Positions 1 through 13,428 of a DNA stretch of 64,000 nt are shown in pieces. The position numbers and the translations under genes are program-made. The notes below the pieces were generated by a model. The model searched no databases. It was not told the DNA's origin and was given only the letters and a program-made list of their open reading frames with translations. How positions within the stretch are numbered: the first letter of the stretch is position 1; each line of letters starts with the position of its first letter. Location of the stretch: positions 141,360,001 to 141,424,000 of the forward strand of contig OX597816.1 of the NCBI GenBank assembly GCA_951406725.2, written 5' to 3'. The stretch is from Octopus vulgaris (lineage: Eukaryota).

Positions 1-157
1 AAACAAACAAATTACAATTTTCTCAAGAAAGCCAAGAGAAAAAATGTTTTATTTTGACACATTCTACCAGTATACGAAGTTTTAAAGTGTTTAGTTAACT
101 AGAAATTGTCTGCCGTTCAAAAGGAAAAAATCCGAAAATTTTGTTCCCAGGCCACTG
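1..157. mobile_element. Possible terminus of a non-autonomous DNA transposon, truncated by the window edge
   Basis: Complex sequence ends abruptly at ...GTTCCCAGGCCACTG before a low-complexity tract. The other end is not visible, so no TIR can be confirmed. Confidence 0.25.
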
Positions 158-560
158 GTTGTGGTGTTAGTTGTTGAAGAGTGCTAGTAGTTGTAGTGGT
201 GATAGCGATGGTGGTGGTTGTTGTGATACCATTGAAAGTGGTAGTGATGATGGTTAATGTGTTGGCTGTGATAGATATGATGGTGATAATTTTAGTAGTG
301 GTAATTGTTATAATTGCGTTGAAGATGCTGATGAGGTGATGTTGATTGGTCTAGTGGTGTCTGTGATGGTGGTGATAATTATAATGATGATGACAGTAGT
401 AGTGGTAGTTGTAAAGATAATGTTAGTGGTGATAGATCCAACATCATCACCATTGTCCTTCTCAGTACCATCACCACAACCACCACTTTCATCACCATCA
501 TCAGTATTGTTTTCATCTCTATCACATGATAAAAGACCTTCCATTCATGATCATCATGTC
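158..560. repeat. Degenerate trinucleotide low-complexity tract ((GTG/GAT/GTA)n then (CAT/CAC)n)
   Basis: Seen directly. It explains the poly-V/I/T/S ORFs at 308-591. A similar tract lies at about 1280-1710. Confidence 0.85.
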
Positions 561-2532
561 TAATTTTTTCAGACAATTTCTTCTTTGTCAAAGGCAGTCA
601 TTTTCAGGAAATTTAGCAGCTATTTCTAGTAAGGCAAACAAATACATAGAAGCATCACCTTAGCATGTGTTGAAATGATAGTATTGTTGCTGTTTGGGCT
701 GAGGTTAGCCCTGAGAGAGTTGACAGAACTTTAATCAAAGATATTTCCAATCATAATTATAGATTTTTTTTGTCTAGTAAAATCTACTTTAGACAACATT
801 ATCCAATGTGTCCTTATATAGGTTGTGAATTGTACAAGTTTTTAGAATGCAGGTCAAAATGCTTTGCAGCTCACTGAACTCTAAATTCAAATCCCACTGA
901 GATCGCTTTTGCTTTTTATCCTTTCAAGGTTAATAAAATGAAAGTACTAGATCGGTGTGGCAGAATGGTAGAATTGTTAGAGGATGCTTTGTAGTACTTG
1001 TTCAAACTGTTTTTATTTTGAATTCTTGGATGACAGACTTACTTTGTCACTCTAATTTTACAAGCATTCAAGCCAAGTCTCCAGTATGAAGATAACTGCC
1101 TCCCATCCTCTCACTACTTTTAGAGGCCTTGAAATAAAAGGCCATGGATACTGCTCTTTATGATTCAACCAAAAACAAAGTGAAAAATAAAATAAAATAA
1201 AATGGTTGATTGTGTAGGATTTATAACAGCTATTTCTTGCACATCAAGTAACCACATAGAGGTTCTTTTGTTAGTTTGTATTGAAGTAATGTTGATAACT
1301 GTGGTATTGATAATGGTGTTCATGACATCAGTACTATTGCTATGTGATGGTGAAGGGGATTGTAGTGATGATGGTGATAGAGGCAGCAAAATCAATAGTA
1401 ATTGTATTGTTGATGTAATAGGTAGAGATTGAACTGATTGTAGTCACTACAGCTTTGGTTGGTGATGTTAATACTATCGTGATTATCATCATCATCATAA
1501 TTATTGTTACCATCATCATAACGTTCTCCTCATCATCCCCATCAACACCACCCTTATCACTGTTGTCACCAACATCATCACCATCATCATTGTCAGTAGC
1601 AGCAACAACAAAAGTGCCACCACCATCACCCTCATCCTCATTATTGTATCCTCCTTATCATCCCATCACCTTTTTCATTATCTTCCTTCACATAAATTAT
1701 GATAATCATCAGCTTTATGTCTAAAGTTTCATGCAGAATTAGGTTAACTAGGTTCCATAATAGAATCTATCGATAGATCTTAAACCTTTATACTGTAATT
1801 TATGAGGTATTGATGGAGGTTTTATTCTATCTGATTTACATACCTTCATCAAGTTACCTTTCATAATGGCATAGAAAATCTTTGCTGTGGTTCTTTAACC
1901 TTGTCTCAGTTTTCATCCATAGTTGTAGCTGTGTCTATCTCCACTTTTGCATTAGCAGTAGTGTCTCTAAAACTACTTCATCCAATGTGGCATTCCTTTT
2001 TCATGATGTTCAGGTGTGATTTGAAGGAGATTTTGCTGTCATTTCCATCAGGTCATGGGATCATATAAAATCTCTTGAAGACTCCGTTGTTTCTAACAGA
2101 GTTAGAAGTTTTAAAAGCTAGTGTGCATTTTCATTTCTTTTTACTATTTCACATTCATTTTTCTATGTTTTACAAATGTAAAAAGCTTTTCCCAAAAACA
2201 TCTGTTTGGTGATGAAAACCCTGCATGTGATGAGCTTTATATGGAACAGACTGTTACATACACACCAACTATTATACACAGACTGTAATCAGAACCAGTA
2301 TTTAGATCCAATGGTAAGGTGAACTGAAACAATTAATTAGTAGATTCAAACCCATAGGAGGAATTGAACTCAGCAACTCAGTTTTACTAAAATGGCAAAT
2401 TTACAGTGCTTGTGGCTTTTGTTTTAAATTGGTGCTCTGGACCATATCCTTATGATGGAATCAATTTAGTTCATTAACAGGATATGAACAGCCAGCCTCC
2501 ACCTGGTTGGGCTGCTTGTTTAATATCTTGCT

Positions 2533-2690
2533 CATGGCTGTGTGATAAGAACCTTGATTTCCAGCCATATGGTTCCAGGTTCAATCCCATTGCATGGCAC
2601 CTTGGGCAAGTGTCTTCTACTATAGCCTGAGGCCAACCAAAGTCATGTGGGTGGATTTGGTGGAAGGTAACTGAAAGAAGCCTGTTGTAC
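2533..2690 (+). mobile_element. tRNA-derived SINE family A, 5' half
   Basis: A-box-like TGGCTGTGTG, B-box-like GGTTCAATCCC and CCTTGGGCAAGTG core. Homologous to the copies at 45278, 52439 and 60893. Confidence 0.85.
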
Positions 2691-2707
2691 ACACACACGC
2701 ACACACA

Positions 2708-2893
2708 GAGTAATCCCTCGACTATCGCAGGTGCTACATTCCAAAACACCCACAATAGGTGAAAATCCACGAAGTAGAAACAGTATTGTATATTTTTTTT
2801 TATTATTTTTATATTTTGTATATATTTATTTTATTATAAATACAAAACAGAGGAATTGATAGGTGAACCATGATATATGCTGAGGGATTACTG
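2708..2893. mobile_element. pogo/Tigger-like MITE
   Basis: Inverted termini AGTAATCCCTC ... GAGGGATTACTG followed by TA. AT-rich interior. Inserted in the microsatellite next to the SINE. Confidence 0.65.
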
Positions 2894-3804
2894 TATATAT
2901 ATATATATATAATACATTAAAAGTCAGTTTGAATCTTGCTTGCTTGCTTGCTTGCAATGTTACTCTGGTAAACTGGCAATTAATGGGAAAATACTATGAA
3001 TTAAGTTTACCATAAAATATTAATACAAATGGAATGAAACAAGTTTTGCATAAATTGGTAAAGTGGTTTTCAGGATATTAGAGATTTTTGAGGTATAAAT
3101 ACCCAAATCAGTGCAGGTAAAATGCTCTGAAAATAATCTTCATCCTGAAAGGGAAGAAATTCTTAACTTTCTATTAGACAGTAAATTGACAACGAAAAAA
3201 TACAATTTTTTAATAGTAAATGTTTCTGTTCTCACTTTTGTTAAACACAATATTTTAATCATTTAGAAACATTTTTAAGTGAATGTGATTTCAAAAATGT
3301 AAGTTGTTTGTACAGCAAGTATTTATACTTTAACTTTCTTTAAACAGACAGTATTTTAATATTTTCAAAATTATTTTCAAGTGAATACCATTACAAAAAT
3401 TTTTTTTTGCATATTTAAAAAAATATTCTAAAGCAAAAATGACTTTGAAATACGGTAAATATTTCGTAAAAGACCCGTTCATAACCTCAGTGTAAAATAG
3501 TTTTTCTCCATAGGTTTTTTTTGAGTGCATTCAATGTATTTGGCTGCTATTTCTAGCACACCCTGCTACCATGTAACAGCTATTTATGATAAAGGACCCG
3601 AAATGCATGTTACATAGTAGCAGGGCATGCAAGAAATAACAGCAAAACATTTCCTTTTCTGTGGAAAGGAGCCATTTACACATGATTTTGATGTCACATT
3701 TGTTGAAAGCATGTGAAATAACCTGGAAAAGAAAAAAATCCAGAAAACAAAACTCCATTGTTGGGAAACTCAGAGTTTCCTGGTGACCCAATGGGTCATG
3801 GGTA

Positions 3805-3851
<47 letters not shown>

Positions 3852-3877
3852 CATATATGTACATACATCAATGTATA

Positions 3878-4114
3878 TGTGTCTTTGTTTCTGTGTTTGT
3901 CTCCCACCAATGTTTGACAACTGGTGTTGGTGTGTTTACAGTCCTGTAATTTAGCAGATCAGCAAAAGAGACCAATAGAATAAGTACCAGGCTTAAAAGC
4001 AAAAAAAAAAAAAATGTATTGGGTTCGATTCATTCAACCAACAATTCTTCAAAGCAGTGCCCCAGCATGGCTGCTGTCTAATGATTGAATCAAGTAAAAG
4101 GTAAAAGATAAAAG
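3878..4114 (+). mobile_element. SINE family A, 3' half with (TAAAAG)-type tail
   Basis: TTGACAACTGGTGTTGGTGTGTTTAC...GCAGTGCCCCAGCATGGCTG...CAAGTAAAAG matches the other family A copies. Confidence 0.8.
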
Positions 4115-4164
4115 TTCATATATACATACATACACACATACATATATACATACATATATATATA

Positions 4165-4552
4165 TGTGCCGGTGGCACATAAAAAGCACCATCCGAACGT
4201 GGCCAATGCCAGCGCCACCTCAACTGGCTTCTGTGCCGGTGGCACATAAAAAGCACCATCCGAACATGGCCAATGCCAGCGCCGCCTTGGCTGGCTTCTG
4301 TGCCGGTGGCATGTTAAAAGCACCAACCGATCGATGCCAGACTCCCCTGGCACCTGTGCCGGTGGCACGTAAAAAGCACCCACTACACTCGCGGAGTGGT
4401 TGGTGTTAGGAAGGGCATCCAGCTGTAGAAACACTGCCAGATCAGACTGGAGCTTGGTGCAGCCCCTGGCTTCCCAGACCCCGATCGAACCGTCCAACCT
4501 GTACTAGCGCGGAAAACGGACGTTAAACGATGATGATAATGATGATGATGAT

Positions 4553-4555
<3 letters not shown>
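4165..4555 (+). mobile_element. GC-rich retroposon (family C) with internal 67/67/56-bp tandem units and a (GAT)n tail
   Basis: TGTGCCGGTGGCA...AAAAGCACC recurs at 4165, 4232, 4299 and 4355. The tail AGGAAGGGCATCCAGC...GTTAAACGATGATG recurs at about 35730-35822 and 52060-52205. Confidence 0.8.
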
Positions 4556-4590
<35 letters not shown>

Positions 4591-4596
4591 TACATA

Positions 4597-4665
4597 CATC
4601 ATCATCATCATCGTTTAATGTCTGTTTTCCATGCTAGCATGGGTTGGACGGTTCGACTGGGATCT
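4597..4665 (-). mobile_element. Family C 3' tail fragment, inverted relative to 4476-4555
   Basis: GGTTGGACGGTTCGA is the exact reverse complement of TCGAACCGTCCAACC upstream. Carries a (CAT)n tail. Confidence 0.8.
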
Positions 4666-6125
4666 TCAGGGGAGAACTACATTCTTTCAGTATCTGGGCT
4701 ATTTTATATACATTTGCATTGGGACAGATTTATAGTTTTGTTTATGGCTATTACTTTATAAGCTGGCTCCTAATATTAAGGCAGTGTCTATGTTATTGTT
4801 TCATTTCCAAATTTCTTAGCTGTTCTGTTTCCTCATTGGTTTGCTTCATTGTTGCTTATGTATATACCACTTCTCATTGGCTAATTTAGTAGCCAATTTG
4901 TTTCTACTTTTTGACTGCATAATCACATCTTGTTTTGCTGGAGTTACTTATTTACTTATTACTTATTCACAGCTCAGTTGAGGGTTGTTCTGTATCTGTC
5001 TGTTCATTACATCATTCATATCCTGTTTTGCTGAAGTTGTCTTTCTGTCTATTTCATAAATCATCATTTTATATTTGAAATCACACAAGATGGGTTTTTT
5101 TTTATATATATTGTGGACTTTGCATTTTATACCAGTTGACTCTACACTTAGTTTCTTTTTCTTGGTTTTCTTTCACTGATGTTAACATTGATGTACCTCC
5201 ATAGCTATTGCATCATTGTTAGTAGTTCAGACCTGTTTTTAAAAATAAATCTATTCTGGTGTCTGCAACATATCACCTCAGAACTCTACCACACACAATA
5301 TTTGATTGTTCTACAATATTTTATTGTCCAGTTTCTATTTATAATGTTCTTCCTTAAGTCTCAAATCTGTGTCAATGGAAACTTTGCATTAGGCCTTTTG
5401 TGGACAGTCTACTTTACTAGTGTCTACTGCCTACCCTGAGTATTTAATCATGACACATGCCTGGTATGTGTGTGTCTATTAACAGAATATGAACCATCAG
5501 CTTCTTGGTTGTTTGTTTAATACATTGTTGACATGGCTATCCCCTCTGTTACACACACACATACACACACACACACATATATTTATTCATATATCATCAC
5601 CATATTTGTATTAAAATATGTCAATATTGAGAATTCTAGATTGTTCCCAGCAATGTGAGGAAATGGCTGTGTGAAGTATGTCCCTGATGCAGTGTGTGTA
5701 GAAACAAGTTTACAGTCAGTTTCTATAATTGACAGGCAAGTATTGTTTGTCATCAATTATGCTATTAGAACCAGTTTTAGCCATTTGTTCTCTAAGTGGT
5801 TCTTTCAATGTGAAGAAAAAAATTGTGAGATATGCTACAAAATCAATAATATACATTTGGTTCAACACAAGAATATTGAATAGACATGGTGTTATTGCTG
5901 TCATGATAATGCTGTTTCTAATCATTGCACTTCCATTTCAGAGAAATACAAATGGAATAAAGCGAAAAACTTTCAAGACCAAATCATATGTTTATTATTT
6001 CAGTAAAGAAATGTTAAATATTGGATTTATTTTAGCCTTTTTAATATTGGTACATTTCTGTTTAAGTAAATTAGTGAACTGTCAGACTGAGAAAAGAAAA
6101 TGGGTTTAATCTTAGCTTAAGTATG

Positions 6126-6432
6126 AATTTTGTTAAGGATTTGTTATAGAAGTCTAGAAAAACTATTTCAGTCAATAATTCAAGCTTAAGATTCTTGGTT
6201 TGTAGTCTATACAGATTTAGAAAACTTTATGTAAATGCTGATTTATTTAGACAGTACTTTATAAATACTTTTATAATTCTGTTAAGGGTTTGTTATAGAA
6301 GTAGAGCTGAGAAATCATCTCAGTCAAGAATTCAAGCTTAAAATTCTTAGTTTGTTGTCTAGTCTATACAGATTTAGAAAAAATTATGTTAATGCTGATT
6401 TATTTGGAAAGTGTTTTACAAATGCATTTATA
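6126..6432. repeat. Diverged tandem duplication, first unit 149 bp
   Basis: AATT(T/C)TGTTAAGG starts at 6126 and 6275. Shared blocks include AATTCAAGCTTAA, TAGTCTATACAGATTTAGAAAA and AATGCTGATTTATTT. Confidence 0.85.
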
Positions 6433-7975
6433 TCACTGATTTAGAATTCTGGTTTATATATATAAAAAAAATACATTTATAACAGAGATTTATGATATTG
6501 GATTATGCTTTAGATGTTTGAAGAAAAAAGAAATAGCTATTAATAAAATATTGATTTCAGTGCCAGTATTTTGAAGAGAAGTGTAGTCTATTGAATTATC
6601 TGTTTGATTCTAGAAAGTACAATATAATTAATTTAGGTAACTTTTGTCATCTTTGGCTTAACATCAGTACAAAAGATAATACTGATATACTTAGTAACAT
6701 AGATTTATGGCCACAGACATGTTGTCTCCTCTCCTTGCCTCTTCTTCCATCACTACAGTGGTTTCTTCTCAGAGTTGATCGGTATCACACCCCCTTCAAT
6801 CAAGTACTCCTTGCACACACATCTCTCTTCTCTGTTGTCAACTGCACCGTGTTCTCTTTGCTCCCTCATGCAGCCCTATACTAATTATTACTTGCTTTTC
6901 TTCCTCTCTTTGGAATTCTCACTCTGCACATGTTTTGCCTACAAACATTGACATGCTACTAGCTGTTCCAGAGAAATGTTAATTATATCTCAATCCCACT
7001 AGTTTCAGAGACCTTCCAAAAGCCATGGGTATATCTCCATCAACCAAACTAATTGAAAATAAACAAGTAAATAAATTAGCTGTATCACAACTGACAATAC
7101 TGTAAAGACATTGGCGCTATAACTCAGTTTCTAGCAGAATCAGGCTAAACTGTGTTTATGTTGACATGAGGTTAATTAATTCTTTTGTAAAGAGTAAAGA
7201 CTTAGGTCTATTTTTTTATTGTTTTTCCATTCAGATTAAAAACTAGTTGTCACTTTGGAAAGGATACTAATAAGACTCAAACAATTTCTCCCAGAAAACC
7301 TGGTCCACATTTTTCTGCTTTAGCAAGTTGAAGTGATAGCCAGATAAATTGATTATACCAAAATAATAATACCAAACTTAATTTTCTTAATTTCTGATTA
7401 TCCTGAATTTCTCATAATTCCAGGTTTTATATCTGGTTTAGATCATTTTTTTTCCTATTCTGTGGAATTGTTGATGTTGCATCTGTTAGCTCTGATTCAT
7501 CTGTGTGAAGGTAGTTGGTAAAATGATTAAGTGCAATCCACTGATCTGTATAAGTATCATTGTTATTTCATATATTATGGATATGTCTACCTGATTTGAT
7601 CTAGAATAGCCTATATGTCTTACAATCCAGATATGCCATATCTCAGTCTGTTCAGAGGGTTATATTACTACACAACTTGCATGTCACTCTGCTTTTATAT
7701 AATTAAAAGCTGATACTTAATCATTGACCCTGGAAAAATAAAAATCAAAGTTGATCATACAATGAATTGAAAATATATGGACATAACCTATACCACAATA
7801 CGTTTTCTTTTTAGGTTCAATGAACTCTATCAATCGACTATCTTTGTTACTTAATACATTGATATTTAATAAAAGCACATGTTCATACATTTTAGGGGAG
7901 GGGATCAGTCAGTTGTATCCTACTAATTATTTGGCAATTAGTTATTTTATCAATACCAGAAGAATAAAAATAAGA

Positions 7976-8674
7976 TATTGGTTCATCTCATAAATAATGT
8001 GTTTTTTTTAATTGCATGAACTAAACGTTGGAGGGGGATGGGATAAATTACCTGCATCAACTTGCTATAAAAGCAGTTAGTAATTTTACCTTTTACTTAT
8101 TCTTAGTGCAAACTTAGAAGAGTGCAGTTCATTTTAACAGTTATTTATTCAAAGCTATAATGGAAGTGACAAAAGAGCATATTCAGTATATTTTGCTTTA
8201 TGACTTAAATAAAGGCAACAACACAGTGGAAAGTGTGAGGAATATTACTGTGAGCAGCTTGAGTGGCTTAAATCAGCACTAGAAAAAAATGACCATCTCT
8301 GGTTTCAAGATGAAAGGTGTTCTTCCATCAGGATAATGCTTGATCACACACATCGAGGATAACATTCCAAAGGCTGGAACAATTTGAATGGGAAATGATG
8401 CCCCACTCACCATATCTGCTGGACATTGCCCCATCTGAATATTATTATTTCCACTGTCTTCAAAACCATTTGGACGGAACAAATATGAATTCTGTAGATG
8501 AGGTTAGAACAATACTGGAAGAGTATTTTTCATCGTGGACAAATGAATTTTGGAAGAGGGGCCTTGCAAGTCTACCAATAGATGGAAGAGCATTGTAGAA
8601 AATGAGAGTACATTTTAGATTAAAAACGAACTTTATTTTAATTTTACCCACATTATTTATAGGATGACCCAATA
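7976..8674 (+). mobile_element. Internally deleted mariner element (about 700 bp)
   Basis: TA TSDs at 7976-7977 and 8673-8674 and 24-bp TIRs (21/24 match). The transposase N-terminus MEVTKEHIQYILLYDLNKG from 8160 is fused to C-terminal YCEQLE...HQDNA...PHSPYLLDIAPSEYYYF (YSPDLAPSD motif). Confidence 0.92.
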
Positions 8675-10223
8675 CTATTGTGAGATTTGAACTCAGGGCG
8701 TGAAGGAATGCTACTAAAATCACAAGGTGTTTTGTACAATGTTCTCTCAAATGTACTATTCCACCATCCTTTGTTAAATATATTACAGACTATATTACAT
8801 TACTCCTTACCACTGCAGTAATTATACTATGTTAAGTAAATTGTATCAGTGTTACTCATGTACCATTTGATATAGCTAAAATTGATGTTTGCTGCAGTTG
8901 AAGAAAGTTTTCTGTTGCAATTTATTTCTATTCAATTTAGAACAAACTATTTGTTAGCTGAATATCTAAGTTAAAATATCTTTGGAAGTCGATCAGTGTT
9001 AAAAGGGTATATGCCTCCTGCTAGAAGTAATTTCATGGTAAAAAAAAAAAAAGAGAGAGAAAAGTCCACATTCTTTTTAACTTGGAAAAGGTTTTAAGTA
9101 AAGCAAGATTTGCACAATTATTTTAGACATAAAATTACAGATATTTCAAATTAAACTAATAAATTCTACCCTGGGAAAAGAGAGAGAGAGAGAGAAGTAA
9201 ATGGAGTGAGACAGAAAGGAAGAGTGGAAAAAAGCCATAGTAGTTATAAACGCATTCATGGACACATGCAGAAACCATTGATATGTTTGTACCCACACAG
9301 CCACAAACCCACACTGACATACACTCACAAAAACACATAATGATTTCTAGATTACATCTCTATTATTTTTTGTTCCTTATTTTGTAGCTTGAACGACTGT
9401 CAACTTTAAAAACCTCTCTTCCTTCTTGCTTCTATCATTGCAACATAAAAGAAAGATATTATTCCAAACAAACTCTGTGAAAACTTCAAAAGAAATAAAT
9501 TTCTGACTGTCTAATACAATGATGCTTGTTAAACACATCAAACATAAGGAAAAAAACAAACTTTCAAAAATTGGATCAACCAAATTCTTGCTTTAAGCTT
9601 TCTTGTAGGAAGACTGAATTAACGAGATTAAGATGAATAACGATCACAGTGTCACTCATTTTGTGTTTTGCAATAAATATAAGACGTACACAAAACTAGT
9701 CTTTTTTTTTCTAAGGAAGTTCTAGATATTGGTTCCTATAATGGCAAATTCTGTACAGTAAAGCAATACATCCTGACAAGCCACAATTGCAATGTTGTTT
9801 CAATTCCTCTACAAAGATGTTTCACTTCATATAAGCTATGTATTTTGCTTTTTCTTTTTTCCTTACAAGTCAATAATGTTTGTCTGCAAAAGGGCAATGT
9901 TCAAATTTGGCTGACATCAACTTTGTCTTTAAAAACTTCAAGGCTCACCAAAATAAATATCAATTCAGTACTAATCTCCTTGAAAATTTTTGATCCTGTA
10001 TCAATGGTCGAAATTATAAGGGGAGTGAATGGCAGAATCAGTGGAGCATCAGACAAAACACTTTTGTGATATTAGGTTGCTTTACCATGATATTTTATAT
10101 CCTTCCAAGGTCATTTAAATAAGTACCAGAAATATATTGGTATAGATATATTCAACTATGCACTCACTACAAATTTGCAGTATGCCTAGTGTCTTTTTTA
10201 AAGCAATTGTTGTTCTTATTATA

Positions 10224-10435
10224 AAGATAGTGAAAAGGCAGCCATTAGCATGCCAGGCAAAATGCTTTGTGGCATTTTGTCCGTCTTTATGTTCTCAGTT
10301 CAAATTCTACTGAGGTCAACTTTGCCTTTCACCCTTTCTGGGTCGATTAAATAAAGTACAAGTTACACACTTGGGTTGATGCAATTGACTTAATCCCCTC
10401 CCCCAAGCTGCCCTTGTGGCTAAAATCACTATTAT
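10224..10435 (+). mobile_element. tRNA-derived SINE family B
   Basis: B-box-like AGTTCAAATTC and core GGTCAACTTTGCCTTTCACCCTTTCTGGGTCGAT...AAGTAC shared with more than 10 copies in the window. Confidence 0.8.
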
Positions 10436-11809
10436 TAGGTTAGTGGAGAACAGGTAAGGTGGAGTGCTAGACAAATGACCTTGTGGTATTTAGTTATGTC
10501 TCTTTATACTTAGTGGTTGATTTTTGCCTTTCCTCATCTAGCAGGAAAATAGATAGCAATACTGGGAATGATTTAATCAGCTACACTCCAACTTTTGGCT
10601 CTGTCCATTTATGAAACCATTATTATTTAGAAACAATTCTCCACCCCGTCTCTTCCCCAAATTATTTTCATTCAATAATCTCTTGTAGCAGCATTTCAAT
10701 GTCTCTTTCTTCTCAAAGTTAGTGGAATACTTCATGCTTCTGATTCTCACATTGCATAATATGTGCAAACCTCTTTTTTTGCTTCTTTCTTTGCTAGGCA
10801 AACAACAGTCAGTTTTATCTATGATAGAGATGCGAATTGTATGAAAGAATTGCAAGGTTATAAAAGTGAGATTTATGGAACACTTAGTAGTCTTGATTGT
10901 TAACAAATTCAGTTAATAATAAACAAGGTTCATAAACACAGATTAAGAAAAAGGAATCAAGTCAAACAACAGAAATTTGCGCAGTCAATATTTTTTTATA
11001 AACATGTGCTTTTACACAGAAATTTACATTTGAACAATTTGTTAATATATATATATTAATGCTTGCGAAGATAAAAATTAGAAACACAGCATCATCTGTA
11101 AGCTAAGGCATCAAATAATCATACAGGATTGATTCAGGGACGTTAAAAAGCAAAATTATAACATTTCTTTTTATTTATTTCAAAACAGACAGCATACACT
11201 TAAATTATAAATATTTTTGAAACATGCAGTGAAAAAATATTAAAAAATGCAAAAAAAATCACAAAGTAGCAAAAGAAAATATAGCAAAAATAAGTCTAAC
11301 ATTTATCACATTTCCAAGCTTTTCTCATAGTTTACAATAAGATAATCTCCTATATTTTCCATTTGAGGATTTTACCCCACCACCCACCTGCCACCCCACT
11401 TCAAAAAAAAAAAAAGAAGCAAATGAGAAGGAAATAAAAGACTTCACAAGAAATCAGTGATTATAGGATAATCTACCTCGCTACTGTTTCATTCTTCAAT
11501 GAAGAAAAGAGACTAGACTTGAAGAAAAAAACAAAAGAAAATCAATAGAATCGTTAAAAATGATTAAAAACCATTTGAAAAGGAAAAAACAATCAAGTAG
11601 CCGATAATTTCTTAGCTATTTTCTAATGTTTTGATATTGGCTGTTATTGTCTGTGTGTGCACTTCAACTATTGAATGTCTTTTTATCAATTAATGTATTT
11701 TCTAAACTTTAGCTATATTATATTTTTCTAACTCTTTGATTTCACATTGACTCTTAGTTTTTACCAACTTTATAACAGTCTAAATAAAGAATGAGCCTAT
11801 GTATTTGGT

Positions 11810-11970
11810 TAACCTGTGAGAAATAATAACCAAATCTCCATTAAATCTCACTACGTATTTGATTATGAAGTCCTACAAACTCCTAAAAAGGATTATATGA
11901 TTATAGATAAGATAGCTTTGATCATAGATCTGCTCATTCAGGACTAACCCAGGGCTAAACAATAACAAGA
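11810..11970 (-). mobile_element. Old dispersed repeat, family G (SINE-like)
   Basis: CCAAATCTCC...TTTGATCATAGATCTGCTC...GGGCTAAACAA. Related copies lie near 690, 21290, 29340, 53040, 54740 and 59870. Confidence 0.5.
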
Positions 11971-12050
11971 ACAATTCTGAAGGACATTTTCTTTTTTCTT
12001 TTATTTGGGTATGGAATCTAGCACCTTTGGTTTCATAGCTAATGTGAAAC

Positions 12051-12302
12051 TGAACACTTTTGTTATAATATTTCTAATAATGCAATGTATGTTTCAATCA
12101 GTTTTGAAAATAATCCAAGAATGTGGAGGGAATTAATAAATTAAGAAACAGTCATTATTAATCTGATGCTTGGAGACAACTTAGCAAACAGGTTCCTACA
12201 CAAAATTATAATGGAAGGTTTAATATAAATATAATCATTTTAAAAAGGTGGTTTTTGTATCATAGAAACAAGTAGTCTCGGGTGGGTTGATACAAGGATT
12301 AA
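12051..12302. mobile_element. Diverged piggyBac-like (TTAA) MITE
   Basis: Degenerate ends TGAACACTTTTGTTA ... TGATACAAGGATTAA resemble TTAA-CCCTTT termini. Confidence 0.35.
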
Positions 12303-12972
12303 TATAGAAAGGATTAAATTGTTTAAAATCTTGTACTCATGATCAGAATAAATGGCCAGCCATTTTTATTTCTGAATATAACTTAAGTTGATGGAAATAA
12401 ATTTATAATATAAATGAATCTAGCAGAGGAAGCCGGTTAACTCTTTCGTTATCTATCATTTATCTGTGATGTCAGAATAGAGAAAAGAAAAAGGAACATC
12501 CAATTTTTCACAGCCACACCTAAGAAATTAATTCAAATGTTTGGTGCACCCTCCCAACCTTATGTCAATACCAACAACAACAACAATGATGATGAAACAA
12601 CAAACTTGTAGTTTATTTACTATAAAATATTTTCTAGACTACATTTCATCAGTTAAAAATAATCAGTCTCTGAGATCATATCAAAGCAATGAGGTTTAAG
12701 CTAGCCTATAAAAAGAATAATATTTATGAATGATATAAAATATAATTAGTAAGTTTACCAATATTTTAGCCAGATAACTCGATAATTTTGAAAGCTTCTA
12801 ACAATATTGATATGATAGAAAGAAACATATCATCTATGGTTCTATTTTACTTTATTTTGGAATTGGTAAATTAGAATATAAAATTTATTATTTTTTAAAA
12901 ATTCAGAGTGGTTGAGTATTTCAAATAAGTTTTACTAATGTATATATCTATGATTGTTAAGTAGATACACTA

Positions 12973-13012
<40 letters not shown>

Positions 13013-13388
13013 TTTATTATTTGTTTCTCCCATTCCAAAGAAATTACTATTATGTATTTTCAGTAATTTCATGTAAATTTTTACTGCAATATCAGCTGCA
13101 ATTCTGTGTTAGTAAAATGTTTGCAGCATTATCATTTTGGGAAATGGGAAGCTAGTTTTGTGTTACATGTATAATCAGGGTTTTTTTTGTTTGTTTTCTG
13201 TATTGTTGTTGTTGTTAGAGGAGTAGATACTATAATAGTGTATTGATAAATTCTGAGTGGAACCTATCAATCTGTTTGAATTTCCAGTTGGAGTTGTACC
13301 CTCTACACTAGTCTTTATGAAAGGCATGATACCACCACTTCTCATTTCTCATAGATATCTAATTAAAAATTTAAAAACAATATTGTTG

Positions 13389-13428
<40 letters not shown>

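Noticed and set aside
2533-2600. tRNA gene (A and B boxes)
   Set aside because: No cloverleaf forms. It is a SINE head present in many copies.
4165-4381. CRISPR-like array of 26-bp palindromic repeats
   Set aside because: The spacers are homologous to each other, no cas genes are present, and the array is part of a eukaryotic retroposon.
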